Notes: generated by a model not told the origin, from the sequence alone. Numbered from the stretch's first letter, positions 50,156 through 59,313 are shown. The stretch is DNA of 64,000 bases from an uncultured Gemmatimonadales bacterium (GCA_963825055.1 CAWGSK010000017.1:23236-87235); one strand, 5' to 3'. Translations and numbers: made by a program.

Positions 50156-50815
50156 ATGCATCTCCTGCTCGTCCACGGCCTCGGCCGGACCCCGCTCTCC
50201 ATGCGCAGCCTGGGGCGCAGGCTCGCGCGGACCGGCCACGCGCCGGAGTACTTCGGGTACTACCCCTGGCGTGAGTCGTGGAACCAGATTGTCGCGCGGC
50301 TGACGGTCCGCGTGGTGGAGATCGAGGCCCGGGGCGAGCCGTGGGCGGCCGTCGGCCATTCGCTGGGAGGACTGCTGCTCCGCGAGGTATCGGTCCGCAG
50401 TCCCTGTACGAACCTGACCCACCTCGTCATGCTGGGCACTCCCAACCGTCCGCCCCGCCTCGCTCGCCGGACTTTGCCGATTCTCCCGCTCCGCTGGTTC
50501 CTTGGCGAATGCCTTTTCCGTCTGGCGGACGCGGAATTCGTGCAACAGGTTCCAACGCCTCGGGTGCCATACACGGTCATCGCGGGAACCCGCGGCGTGT
50601 ATGGTCCCGCCAGTCCGTTCGGTCGCGAACTCAATGACGGCGTGATAGCGCTTGGCGAAGCGAGGCTGGGGTACAACGACGCGCTCTACACTTTCCCGGT
50701 GTCCCACACGTTCATGATGAACAGGCGGGAGGTGCAGGAGGTGGTCGTTGAGTTGTTGAGTCGAGGAGTCACGGAGTCGCGGGGTCGAGAAGTCCCGGGG
50801 TCGCGGGGTCGTTGA
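50156..50815 (+). CDS. Lipase/esterase-like alpha/beta hydrolase
   Basis: LVHGLGR, GHSLGG, LGTPN, NDGVI, HTF. Confidence 0.88.
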   Translation: MHLLLVHGLGRTPLSMRSLGRRLARTGHAPEYFGYYPWRESWNQIVARLTVRVVEIEARGEPWAAVGHSLGGLLLREVSVRSPCTNLTHLVMLGTPNRPPRLARRTLPILPLRWFLGECLFRLADAEFVQQVPTPRVPYTVIAGTRGVYGPASPFGRELNDGVIALGEARLGYNDALYTFPVSHTFMMNRREVQEVVVELLSRGVTESRGREVPGSRGR

Positions 50816-50920
50816 GTGGTTGAGTCGTTGAGTCGCATTTTCGGGCTGCCCGACTGCCCGACTGCCCGACTGCCCGACTGCCCGCCCGACCGCCCGACCG
50901 CCTGTCCGCCCGTCCGCCTG
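50745..50920. repeat. Bipartite (GTTGAGTC/GTCGCGGG)n then (GACTGCCC)n
   Basis: Read directly; overlaps the 3' end of the upstream CDS. Confidence 0.8.
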
Positions 50921-51031
50921 CAAGGGAACTTTAGTTCCTTCTTTTTCACACCCGGTGGCGTAGGGTGGTGTACAGGTTCACCCGGCATGCGGAGGCCACG
51001 AGCCGCCGCCACCCTTCAGATGGAGTTACCC

Positions 51032-51619
51032 ATGTCAGTCCTGCGCGCGGCACGTGCCCTCATCCTGGCCTCGGCCGCCCTGGCGGCGGCCTCACCCCTG
51101 GCTGCCCAGGCCCACGAACACGTCCAGGGAATGACCCATTCGGACAACGCGATGGCGGATGCTCCCGTCTCACCGGGCCAGGCCGCCTACGGAGCCATCG
51201 CCGAGGTCGTGGCGCGGCTCGACGCCGATCCGTCCACCGACTGGTCTAAGGTCAACATCGAGACCTTGCGGCAGCACCTGATCGACATGGACAACGTGAC
51301 GATGCGCAGCCGGGTCGTCTCCCGGGACGTGCCGGGTGGCTTCACCGCCGAGGTGACGGGTGACGGGCCGGTGGTGGATGCGATCCGCCGCATGACCACC
51401 GCGCACGCGAAGCAGCTGGCGAAGGACGGAACGATGAAGGCGGAGGTCACGGAGATTCCAGGTGGCGTCCGGATGACGGTCCTGAACGCCGATCCGGGGG
51501 ATGCCCGGTCCGTTGCCCGGCTCCGCGGGCTCGGCTTTGCCGGCGTGATGACGCTGGGGAACCATCATGGCCCGCACCACGAGATGCTGGCGCGGGGAGT
51601 GAATGTGCACGGGAAGTAA
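51032..51619 (+). CDS. Secreted His/Met-rich hypothetical protein
   Basis: Signal peptide; AHEHVQGMTH; LRQHLIDM; HHGPHHEMLARG. Confidence 0.8.
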   Translation: MSVLRAARALILASAALAAASPLAAQAHEHVQGMTHSDNAMADAPVSPGQAAYGAIAEVVARLDADPSTDWSKVNIETLRQHLIDMDNVTMRSRVVSRDVPGGFTAEVTGDGPVVDAIRRMTTAHAKQLAKDGTMKAEVTEIPGGVRMTVLNADPGDARSVARLRGLGFAGVMTLGNHHGPHHEMLARGVNVHGK

Positions 51620-51686
51620 CGGGTCGGGAAGGGACACCGGAAGGACCATCTTGCGCGCGGGCCGGGGGATGCCATACTGATCCCTC

Positions 51687-52646
51687 ATGCCCCGCCTTCC
51701 CATCGACCATCGCCAGTTCTTCAAGGATCTCGTCTTGATTCTCGGACTGCCCGCCGCTGTGCTGGGCGGCCTCCTGGTGTGGTGGGCGCCGTGGGACGTG
51801 GCTGCCCCCCAACCCTGGAACGCGCCCCTGTCAACAAACGTGTTCGAGACGTTGCGGGGGAGTTGGGGCTGGACCGGAGACTCGCCCTCGACCTGCGCCC
51901 TGGATCCGCACCAGATCAGCTTCTCGGCGGACTACACGACCATGAGCATCGCCTCGCGCGAACCGTGGACCGACAGCGGTGGTGTCGAGCACGCGGCCGC
52001 CATCTACGACATCCTGGAAGTGGAGTCCAATCGCATCCGCGGGGTCATCCAGGGCGAATTCCGCCGGACGGCGGCGGGTGAGCCGGTGGTCTGGGACCTT
52101 GTCCTGATGGACTCCAATACCTACCGGTGGCATCGGACCGACTGGCGCGTGGGATCGTACACCGACCCGGTAGAGCGGTGTCGAGGGCCGCTCGAGGTAC
52201 TGGACGACGCGGCCAGCGTCCGGGTGGAGCCAGGCGCGTTCTCCACGGCCTCCATGCCCGTACACCGGACGCCGACGAGGGCGGCCTGCCCGCCCGGGGC
52301 CAGGGCGGAAGCGATCCTCGACGAAGCCATCGTCTATCCGACGATCGGCACGGACACTGTCTATCCGAAGGATTCCCTGCGGGTTCAGCCTTACTGGAGC
52401 GGGTCGGTTTCCTACATTCCGGCCGAACGGCCTGAGGGCACCCCGCGGCCGGGGACCGCCGTCGTCCGGTTTGTGGTCAATCCGGAGGGCCTGGTCCCGT
52501 CATGTCTCGTCACGGTCGTCGAGGCGAGCAACGAGTATGACGCCGAGGACGCGCGGACCCTGCTGTCACTCGCGCGATACGTGCCGGCTCAGCGCGACGG
52601 CAGGGCCGTCTGGGTACGGATCCAGGACACGGTGCGTTCCCGGTAG
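51687..52646 (+). CDS. Membrane-anchored protein with C-terminal TonB_C-like domain
   Basis: N-terminal TM; VVRFVVNPEG...ARYVPAQRDGRAV. Confidence 0.65.
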   Translation: MPRLPIDHRQFFKDLVLILGLPAAVLGGLLVWWAPWDVAAPQPWNAPLSTNVFETLRGSWGWTGDSPSTCALDPHQISFSADYTTMSIASREPWTDSGGVEHAAAIYDILEVESNRIRGVIQGEFRRTAAGEPVVWDLVLMDSNTYRWHRTDWRVGSYTDPVERCRGPLEVLDDAASVRVEPGAFSTASMPVHRTPTRAACPPGARAEAILDEAIVYPTIGTDTVYPKDSLRVQPYWSGSVSYIPAERPEGTPRPGTAVVRFVVNPEGLVPSCLVTVVEASNEYDAEDARTLLSLARYVPAQRDGRAVWVRIQDTVRSR

Positions 52647-52654
52647 CCGTGCCC

Positions 52655-52800
52655 GCCCTGACCGTCCTGTCCGTCCTGTCCGCCTGTCCGCCACTGACCG
52701 CCCCGACCGCCCTGTTCACGACCGCCCTGTCCCCGACCGCCCTGTCCCCGACCCCCTGACCGCCTTGACCGCCCGTCCGCCCGTCCGCCCGTCCGCCTGC
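52655..52800. repeat. C-rich 8-9 bp degenerate tandem tract (GACCGCCCT/GTCCGCCC)
   Basis: Read directly. Confidence 0.85.
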
Positions 52801-52842
52801 CCACCTGTTTTATACTCCGGTGTCTTCTCTCCGGGGACTGCC

Positions 52843-53508
52843 GTGTTCGTCGGTCATTATGGTGTGAGTTTCGCCGCCCGCCGCGTGTGGCCGCGGGTGC
52901 CGCTCTGGGTCTGGTTCATCGCGGTTCAGTTGCTGGACATCCTGTGGGCGCCGTTCATCCTTCTCGGCGTTGAGCGCGTACGGATTGTTCCGGGTATCAC
53001 CGCCTCCAACCCGCTCGATCTCTACTACATGCCCTGGACCCACAGCCTCGTGGCCGCGCTCGGGTGGTCGGTGGCGGCGATGCTGGCGTGGCGCGCGGTC
53101 CGGAACCGGGAAGGCTGGACGCCGGCCACGTTCGGGATCGGGCTCGCGGTCTTTTCACACTGGGTGCTCGACTTCGTGGTCCATCGTCCGGACCTTCCCC
53201 TGTACGGCAACACCGCCAAGGTCGGGCTGGGACTGTGGAATCACCCTGCGCTCGCCTTTTCCCTGGAGGCAGGGCTCCTCGTGGCAGGCGCGTTGTGGTA
53301 CCTCGGCGCGCGGACAGTCCGGCCCGTTCCGGTCCTCATCTTTGCGGTGGTCATGCTGGCGGTACAGGGGGTGGTGTTCTTCGGCGCCCCGCCGGCGACC
53401 CCCGCCATGGCCGCGATGATGGCGTTCGGGTCATACGCGCTGTTCGCGTTCCTGGCGTACTTGCTGGAGCACCGATACAGACAGCCAGCGGTGGCAGCGT
53501 CCGCCTGA
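52843..53508 (+). CDS. Membrane-bound metal-dependent hydrolase-like protein
   Basis: MFVGH, QLLD, PWTHSL, SHWVLDFVVH, GLGLWN. Confidence 0.8.
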   Translation: MFVGHYGVSFAARRVWPRVPLWVWFIAVQLLDILWAPFILLGVERVRIVPGITASNPLDLYYMPWTHSLVAALGWSVAAMLAWRAVRNREGWTPATFGIGLAVFSHWVLDFVVHRPDLPLYGNTAKVGLGLWNHPALAFSLEAGLLVAGALWYLGARTVRPVPVLIFAVVMLAVQGVVFFGAPPATPAMAAMMAFGSYALFAFLAYLLEHRYRQPAVAASA

Positions 53509-53985
53509 CCGCCCTGTCCGCCCTGTCCGTCCTGTCCGCCCATCCGCCTGTCCGCCCTGACCGCCTGACCGTCTGACCGCCTGACTGTCCTGACCGCCCT
53601 GTCCGCCTGACCGCCCTGTCCGCCTGACCGCCCTGACCGCCTGACCGCCCTGACCGCCCTGACCGCCCTGTCCGCCTGACCGCCCTGACCGCCTCTGTAC
53701 CGCTCGCTGTCGCGACTCCGTGACCGCCTGACCGCCTGACCGCCTGTCACGCCTGACCGCCTGACCGCCCTGTCCGCCTGACCGCCTGACCGCCCTGTCC
53801 GCCCCTTTCGCGACTGAGAGTCGCGACTCGGCCGATCTGTCACTCAAGTGACGTTGGCAGGCCAGTCTCCAGATGGCTCTATTGGTGACCGCCCTGACCG
53901 CCCTGACCGCCCTGTCCGCCCTGTCCGTCCTGTCCGTCCTGTCCGTCCTGTCATCGTCCGCCTGTCCGCCCGACCGCCTGTCCGC
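53505..53985. repeat. Long (GACCGCCT/GACCGCCCT/GTCCGCCT)n tract with TCGCGACT-GAG-AGTCGCGA palindrome
   Basis: Read directly; about 480 bp between convergent genes. Confidence 0.9.
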
Positions 53986-55248
53986 CTTTCATCACCCAGC
54001 TCACCCGCTCCGTCGCCGTGATGTCCGCGAGCGGGCTTGCCGGCAGTGCGACCAGGTCTGCCCAGGCGCCTTCACTGAGCGCGCCGAGCCTCCCTTCCTG
54101 GCCCAGCAGCTTCGCGGCGACCGTCGTGCCGGCGCGGAGTGACTGGAGCGGTGTCATGCCTGCCTTCACCATGTAGTTGAATTCCTCGGCCTGATTCGGG
54201 CCTCCCACCCAGGCGAAGCCGCCGGCATCGGTCCCGAGCGCGATCGCGACGCCCTTCCGTGCCGCCTGGCCGACGGCGCCATTCACCGTGCTGACCATCC
54301 TGATCCAGTTTCCGCCGCGGCCGGGGGCCACGTAGTTGATCACCGTCAGGGTCGGGCACCAGTACGCGCCCTGCTTGATCATGCGGTCCATCAGGTCCGG
54401 CGTCATCCCGACCCCGTGCTCGATCGTGTTCACCCCATGGCGGAGCGCCGCGTCGATTCCCTCCCAGCCCATCGCATGGGCCGCGACGTTCACGCCGAGG
54501 CGGTGGGCCTCGTCCACCAGGGCTGCCATCTCCTCGTCCGTGAAGTTGACCCACGAGTGGAGTTCGCCCTTGTCGTTGTAGTAGTAGCGGCGGTCGGCGT
54601 AGAATTTGATCCAGTCGGCGCCGTGGGCCACCTGGTCGCGCACCGCCTGGCGGATGTTGTCCGGCCCGTCCACCAGCTGCACCCCGGTGGGCCAGTCGCG
54701 CTGCCAGTCGTAGTTCTGCACCGGATACATCCCCGTCGGGGCCATGGCGCGGGTGGAGACGAACATCCGCGGGCCCGGGATGATCCCGCGGGCGATGGCG
54801 CGCTTCACGTCCACGTCCGCGAAGTAGGCGCCCTCGGTCTCCACGTCCCGCATGGTGGTGAACCCATGCTCCAGCGCGACCTTCGCCGCCACCGTCGCGC
54901 GGATCGTCCGGTAGGGGATGCTCTCCTTCAGGATCTGCTCGTCGTACTCCTCGGACGTGATGTCGCCCTGGAGCAGCACGTGGGTGTGCGCGTCGATGAA
55001 GCCCGGCATGAGCCACTGATTGCCGAGGTCGATGACCTCGGCGCCGGCGGCCTGGCGGCGGATCGCGTCGGGCGCGCCGACCGCGGCGATCTTCCCGTCC
55101 GGATCAGGACCGCGGTCGGGCCGAGTGGTCTGTCCTGGGCAGGGTCGATGGCGTGGGCGGCGATGACGACGGTGGTGCGGGTGGTGTCCTGGGCGTGGAC
55201 GGTCGGGGCAGCGAGGCTGGCTGCGGCGAGGCAGAGCAGGGTACGCAT
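53951..55248 (-). CDS. Amidohydrolase-family (Xaa-Pro dipeptidase-like) protein, frameshift near 55100
   Basis: Adding one G gives VLIRDGKIAAVG and joins the signal peptide to PGFIDAHTH, IKFY, AAHA, IEHG, GTDAG. Confidence 0.88.
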
Positions 55249-55369
55249 GGCTGATCCGGGAAGGGGACGTGCTAATGTGTCCCGGTCCGGGGCAGGTGGG
55301 AAGCCCGTGGATGAGTGCCGCCGATGTCTGGCGAACCAGGTTACAGCAGCACTCCTCGCTGCCGACCGT

Positions 55370-55597
55370 TCAGGCCGGACCGACGCACGGGCGCTGCGCC
55401 GAACAGCAGTACACACCCGGGGTGCTGCAGAGGTCGCCGTAACAGCCGTCCCCTTCTTCGGTGCAGACCAGCAGCATGTAGCAGCGCGAGCCCGACTGCT
55501 CGGCCCTCACCCGGGTGGTCAGCGACGCCGTTGCCGCAACGAGCACCAGCGCCAGCCCCAGCAATGGTCGGGTAAGCCTTCGGTGAATCAACCGCAT
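55370..55597 (-). CDS. Secreted cysteine-rich micropeptide (7 Cys)
   Basis: Strong SD AGGAGG; signal peptide ending VRA; mature C-x5-C-x6-C-x4-C-x6-CC-x5-C. Confidence 0.7.
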   Translation of the reverse strand: MRLIHRRLTRPLLGLALVLVAATASLTTRVRAEQSGSRCYMLLVCTEEGDGCYGDLCSTPGVYCCSAQRPCVGPA

Positions 55598-55619
55598 TGT
55601 TCCTCCTGGAGGGTGAGAT

Positions 55620-56087
55620 TCATGGAGTCAGCAGGCCTGCCCGTGCCTGCCGGGCCAGGCGATACTCCACATACCTGCCGCTGGAATCAGCGAAAGCGAC
55701 CCAGAGATCGTGTGGAGGCCATGGGGCGTTCCATGCAGACCGTGGAATTGCCATGACCGGGACGTCCGCCAGCCCTTCGCGGCGGAGGTGATAACAGACA
55801 GCCGCCGTGTCCGGAGTCAGGGTTGCGATGGCGATCTGGTGCCCGTTGCCTCCGCCCCGGACTTCGCGGATTGCCCGGCCGATGTTGACACAACTGAAAC
55901 ACGATTCCGCAGAAAGGATGATCGTCACGACGGGGCTCGGGTTCCGGACTCCGCAGGCGAGGGCGTATTCCGGGAGTCTGCCGGCCAGCAGGCCCAGGTT
56001 TTCCTCGGTGGGAGTGGGCCCCCGCCGACTGCATCCCAGCCACAGCAGGACGACGACGGTCAGCGGAAGATTTGTGCGAAGCGGCAT
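55620..56087 (-). CDS. Lipoprotein with thioredoxin-like CxxC
   Basis: SD GAGG, lipobox WLGC, VVTIILSAESCFSCV. Confidence 0.7.
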   Translation of the reverse strand: MPLRTNLPLTVVVLLWLGCSRRGPTPTEENLGLLAGRLPEYALACGVRNPSPVVTIILSAESCFSCVNIGRAIREVRGGGNGHQIAIATLTPDTAAVCYHLRREGLADVPVMAIPRSAWNAPWPPHDLWVAFADSSGRYVEYRLARQARAGLLTP

Positions 56088-56089
56088 GG

Positions 56090-57139
56090 CTACCTCGCGG
56101 CATACACGACAAGATGCACCGGCAGGCTGTCGCCGTTCGTGGATCCCAGGAGCAGGCCTCCTCCCGCGCCGATGATCGGCGGCGCGCCCGTCAGCGCGTT
56201 CCAGCCGCCATTGGGGGTCTGCATCATCAGCACGCCGGGGGCTCCGTCGTAGTACACGCCGCGCGAGAAGCCGACAAGCAGCGCGTCCCCCGTGTGAAGG
56301 ACCGTGTGCGGCAGCAGCCAGGTGCGCCACCATCCCGCGGCTTCCTCGCGGGTCTGCGGAGGCGTGGCGGGAACGGCAGGAACCACGTAATCAGGCGCCG
56401 GAACCGCGACCGCCGAGACGGCACCCGTGGCGAGAGTGATGACCCAGGCTGAATCGAGCATCGGTCGTGTGACCCAGGCCTGGCCCTCGTGTGCGATGAC
56501 ATTGACTCGGCTCAGGGTGGCCCAGAGAGGCGACTCGACCGCCCCGGCGGGGCGGTCCGGCAGGGGCACCGGGATGGACCGGACCACCGCGCCTTCCTGA
56601 TCGAGGTGGAGCACTCCCCGCTGGAGCCCTTCCCCCAATAACGTCCCGGAGATCACATAGCCGCCGCCTTCGAGGAGGTCATAGTCGAAGGGGGTGGCCA
56701 TCCGGTCGGCCAGTCCGATCACGCGCAGCACCGAGTCACGCTGGAAGACCTGGATGCGCCGGAGGGAGGGATCCAGCACGTGGAGTCTGCCCTCGTGATC
56801 GAACCGTGGTTCGGAGGGTCTGGCGAACTCGCCCGGCCCGTTTCCGCTCCGGCCGACTACGTAGCGGACGTCTCCCGAGGGGAGGCCGAACACCACGACG
56901 TGTGCCTCTGACGGGTCGGCGACGGCCACGAGGGAGTCCCCGAGAAACCCCGCGCCTCCCAGCCGGATAACGGAACCCGTACCCTCCTGCGGTGCGTCGA
57001 ATTCCGCCGTGGTGGCGAAGGTTGTGGCAAAATCCATTGCCGGCGGGGCTGATGCGGTTCCGTCACCATCGCCACGGCACCCTGTGAGTGAGGCGCCGAG
57101 GAGGAATACGATCATGCTTCGCAGGTGCAATGGCGTCAC
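56090..57139 (-). CDS. 6-bladed beta-propeller (NHL/TolB-like) lipoprotein
   Basis: Lipobox LTGC; VGRSGNGPGEFARP; LHVLDPSLRRIQVF. Confidence 0.8.
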   Translation of the reverse strand: MTPLHLRSMIVFLLGASLTGCRGDGDGTASAPPAMDFATTFATTAEFDAPQEGTGSVIRLGGAGFLGDSLVAVADPSEAHVVVFGLPSGDVRYVVGRSGNGPGEFARPSEPRFDHEGRLHVLDPSLRRIQVFQRDSVLRVIGLADRMATPFDYDLLEGGGYVISGTLLGEGLQRGVLHLDQEGAVVRSIPVPLPDRPAGAVESPLWATLSRVNVIAHEGQAWVTRPMLDSAWVITLATGAVSAVAVPAPDYVVPAVPATPPQTREEAAGWWRTWLLPHTVLHTGDALLVGFSRGVYYDGAPGVLMMQTPNGGWNALTGAPPIIGAGGGLLLGSTNGDSLPVHLVVYAAR

Positions 57140-57365
57140 GAAGCCACTCCGTGGAGGATGAAGGATCCAGAATCGGAACGTACCCGGCGGCTGTCAATCG
57201 CGTGTCGGGAAGGGCACGCCGAGACCAAATCGAATTGTGGCTGGGGATCATCAACTCAGCATCAACCTGTCGGCAGACTTTGCGGCGCGGTTCCTCTATG
57301 GAGCGGCGACTGATTTGACCGGAATGGGGCGAGCCCCGACGACCAACCTCCGCAGACCCGAATGC

Positions 57366-57397
57366 GAAAAGAGCGAGCCCTCTGGCTCGCTCTTTTC
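57366..57397 (-). terminator. Rho-independent terminator after tRNA-Pro
   Basis: GAAAAGAGCGAGCC-CTCT-GGCTCGCTCTTTTC. Confidence 0.85.
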
Positions 57398-57400
57398 AAG

Positions 57401-57474
57401 TCGGGACGGCGGGATTTGAACCCGCGACCCCCTGAACCCCATTCAGGTGCGCTACCGGGCTGCGCTACGTCCCG
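57401..57474 (-). tRNA. tRNA-Pro(GGG)
   Basis: CGGGACG acceptor stem, CCTGA-ATGGGGT-TCAGG anticodon arm, GGTTCAAATCC. Confidence 0.95.
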
Positions 57475-57756
57475 TCAACTGCTATCAAAAGTCGAAGGTC
57501 GAAGGTCGAAATCTCCTTCGCCGGTTGCCCTCCGTGACCTCCTGCGTTCTTCCATGTCGCGGCAGCGACAGCCAGTCGAGGGCCGGGGGCGGCCGGGCGG
57601 GAATACTAGCCCCCGGCCCCACGGATGGAAAGCCCTCTGGCCCCGGCACGGCGGGGATCCCGTTCCCTGAATGAGCAGGCCGGTGATCCGATCAGGTTGC
57701 CGGCCCACTCGCCCGGCGCACTTCGCCGGGCGCCCAGGCCTCCTCAGGGGACCCCG

Positions 57757-59127
57757 ATGCGCATCCGACCCGCTCCCTTCATCCTGGCTGCGACTCTGGC
57801 GGCCGCGCCTGCCATTTCCCTGACGGCTGGCGGGGTGCTTGCCGCCCAGTCGGCTCCCGTCGTGCTGGAGGGAGAAACCCTGCTCGGGGGTGCCCGTTCG
57901 ACTGACGCTGCCCCCGTACGCCAGCGGATGACCGGCTTCGGCAGTGCCTGGTCAGGGGACGCTCAGCTGTTCTGGGCGCCGCAGAAACCCGGGGCCCGGC
58001 TGGCGCTCCAGGTCAGCGTGCCGAGCCAGGGGGTGTACGACATGGCCGGCGCCTTCACCCGCGCGCCGGACTACGGCCAGTTCGAGATCTACGTGAACGG
58101 CAAGCAGGTCGGGGGCCGGCAGGACGGCTACGCCCGCAAGGTGGTGCACAGCGGCCGTCTCGACCTGGGCCGCGCGACCATGAACGCCGGGGCCAATACC
58201 GTCGAGATCGTGGTGCCCGCGCGCGCGACCGCCTCGACCGGGCTGCTGGTCGGCATTGACCGGCTGGAGTTCCGCCGGCTGCCCTCGCTCCAGCGGCCCG
58301 CGCGGGCCACGGCGGCCCGGGTAAACGTGGCCGCGGTCCGGTATCAGCCCGTCAAGCCCTACGCGGCGAACGTCAAGCCGATCGATCCCGGGATGTTTGC
58401 ACTCAAGCTGGTGGATCTGCGTCCGGCTTCGACGATGAAGGGTCTCCCGATCCGGAACCAGGGGGCACGCGGGACGTGCTCGGTGTTCGCCCTCACGTTC
58501 CTGCTCGAGTGGAACTACACGGCGGGCGGGAAAGCCTCGGCAGGCAACCTGTCGGAGGAGTACCTGAATGCCACCGGTGACATGGTGGCGGGCGCCCACC
58601 AGGACGGCGGGATGTTTGCCGACCTGAACAATGCCTACCAGCAGTATGGCATCGTTCTCGAAGCGACGCTTCCCTACCAGAATACGTACAATCCGAGCCT
58701 GAGCCTGCCTGCGGCGCTGCTCAAGTCGGGGAAGGCCTGGCCGCGGCAGAAAGCGGTATTCATCCGGACATGGGACAATACGAGCGGGGCCACCACAGCC
58801 GAGCTCGAGCACGCCATCACCTACCTCGACAAGGGCCTCCCGGTCGCCGCGGGCATGTGGTGGCCGAAGAAGGGGTACTTCGCCACCCAGTCCATCATGG
58901 GGGTGGACGTGATGTTCGTGCCGTCATCCAGCCAGAAGACGAGCATGCTGACCGACGGCCATTCCGTGGCGCTGGTCGGCTACGCCAGGAGTCCGATGTT
59001 CCCGGGTGGCGGCTTCTTCGTCTTCCGCAACAGCTGGGGGACGTCGTTCGGCGACCAGGGATACGGCTACGTCCCGTTCGCCTATGTCACGCGATTTGCG
59101 AACGACCTGCTGGCGTACGAGCCATGA
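57757..59127 (+). CDS. Secreted C1 (papain-like) cysteine peptidase with N-terminal CBM-like beta-sandwich
   Basis: NQGARGTCSVFA, LSEEYL, GHSVALVGY, FRNSWG; signal peptide. Confidence 0.88.
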   Translation: MRIRPAPFILAATLAAAPAISLTAGGVLAAQSAPVVLEGETLLGGARSTDAAPVRQRMTGFGSAWSGDAQLFWAPQKPGARLALQVSVPSQGVYDMAGAFTRAPDYGQFEIYVNGKQVGGRQDGYARKVVHSGRLDLGRATMNAGANTVEIVVPARATASTGLLVGIDRLEFRRLPSLQRPARATAARVNVAAVRYQPVKPYAANVKPIDPGMFALKLVDLRPASTMKGLPIRNQGARGTCSVFALTFLLEWNYTAGGKASAGNLSEEYLNATGDMVAGAHQDGGMFADLNNAYQQYGIVLEATLPYQNTYNPSLSLPAALLKSGKAWPRQKAVFIRTWDNTSGATTAELEHAITYLDKGLPVAAGMWWPKKGYFATQSIMGVDVMFVPSSSQKTSMLTDGHSVALVGYARSPMFPGGGFFVFRNSWGTSFGDQGYGYVPFAYVTRFANDLLAYEP

Positions 59128-59196
59128 ACTGAAGGTGTCCGGGAGTGACGCCGCGGAGAGCCGCCCGGATGGGCCGCCCTCGGCAGCGTTCGCTCC

Positions 59197-59306
59197 GTTC
59201 ACCATACACCACCCCGCGGCGCACTTGATCCAGAGCTTTTCGGGGTCCTTCCCCGGGCCCAGCACACGGAGACTGGAAGCTGCAGTCCCGAGTTGACGCG
59301 GTGTGA
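59197..59306 (-). pseudogene. Decayed fragment resembling the C-terminus of the 60539-61906 lipoprotein
   Basis: With one frameshift: SGLQLPVSVCWAR.KDPEKLWIKCAAGWCMVN versus SGLGRHIPGTARWRWVKEDEKLWVRCGEGCCPAN. Confidence 0.6.
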
Positions 59307-59313
59307 TAAGTGG

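Noticed and set aside
53241..53847. ORFs with GGQAVRRS-type repeats
   Set aside because: Translations of the non-coding tandem repeat tract.
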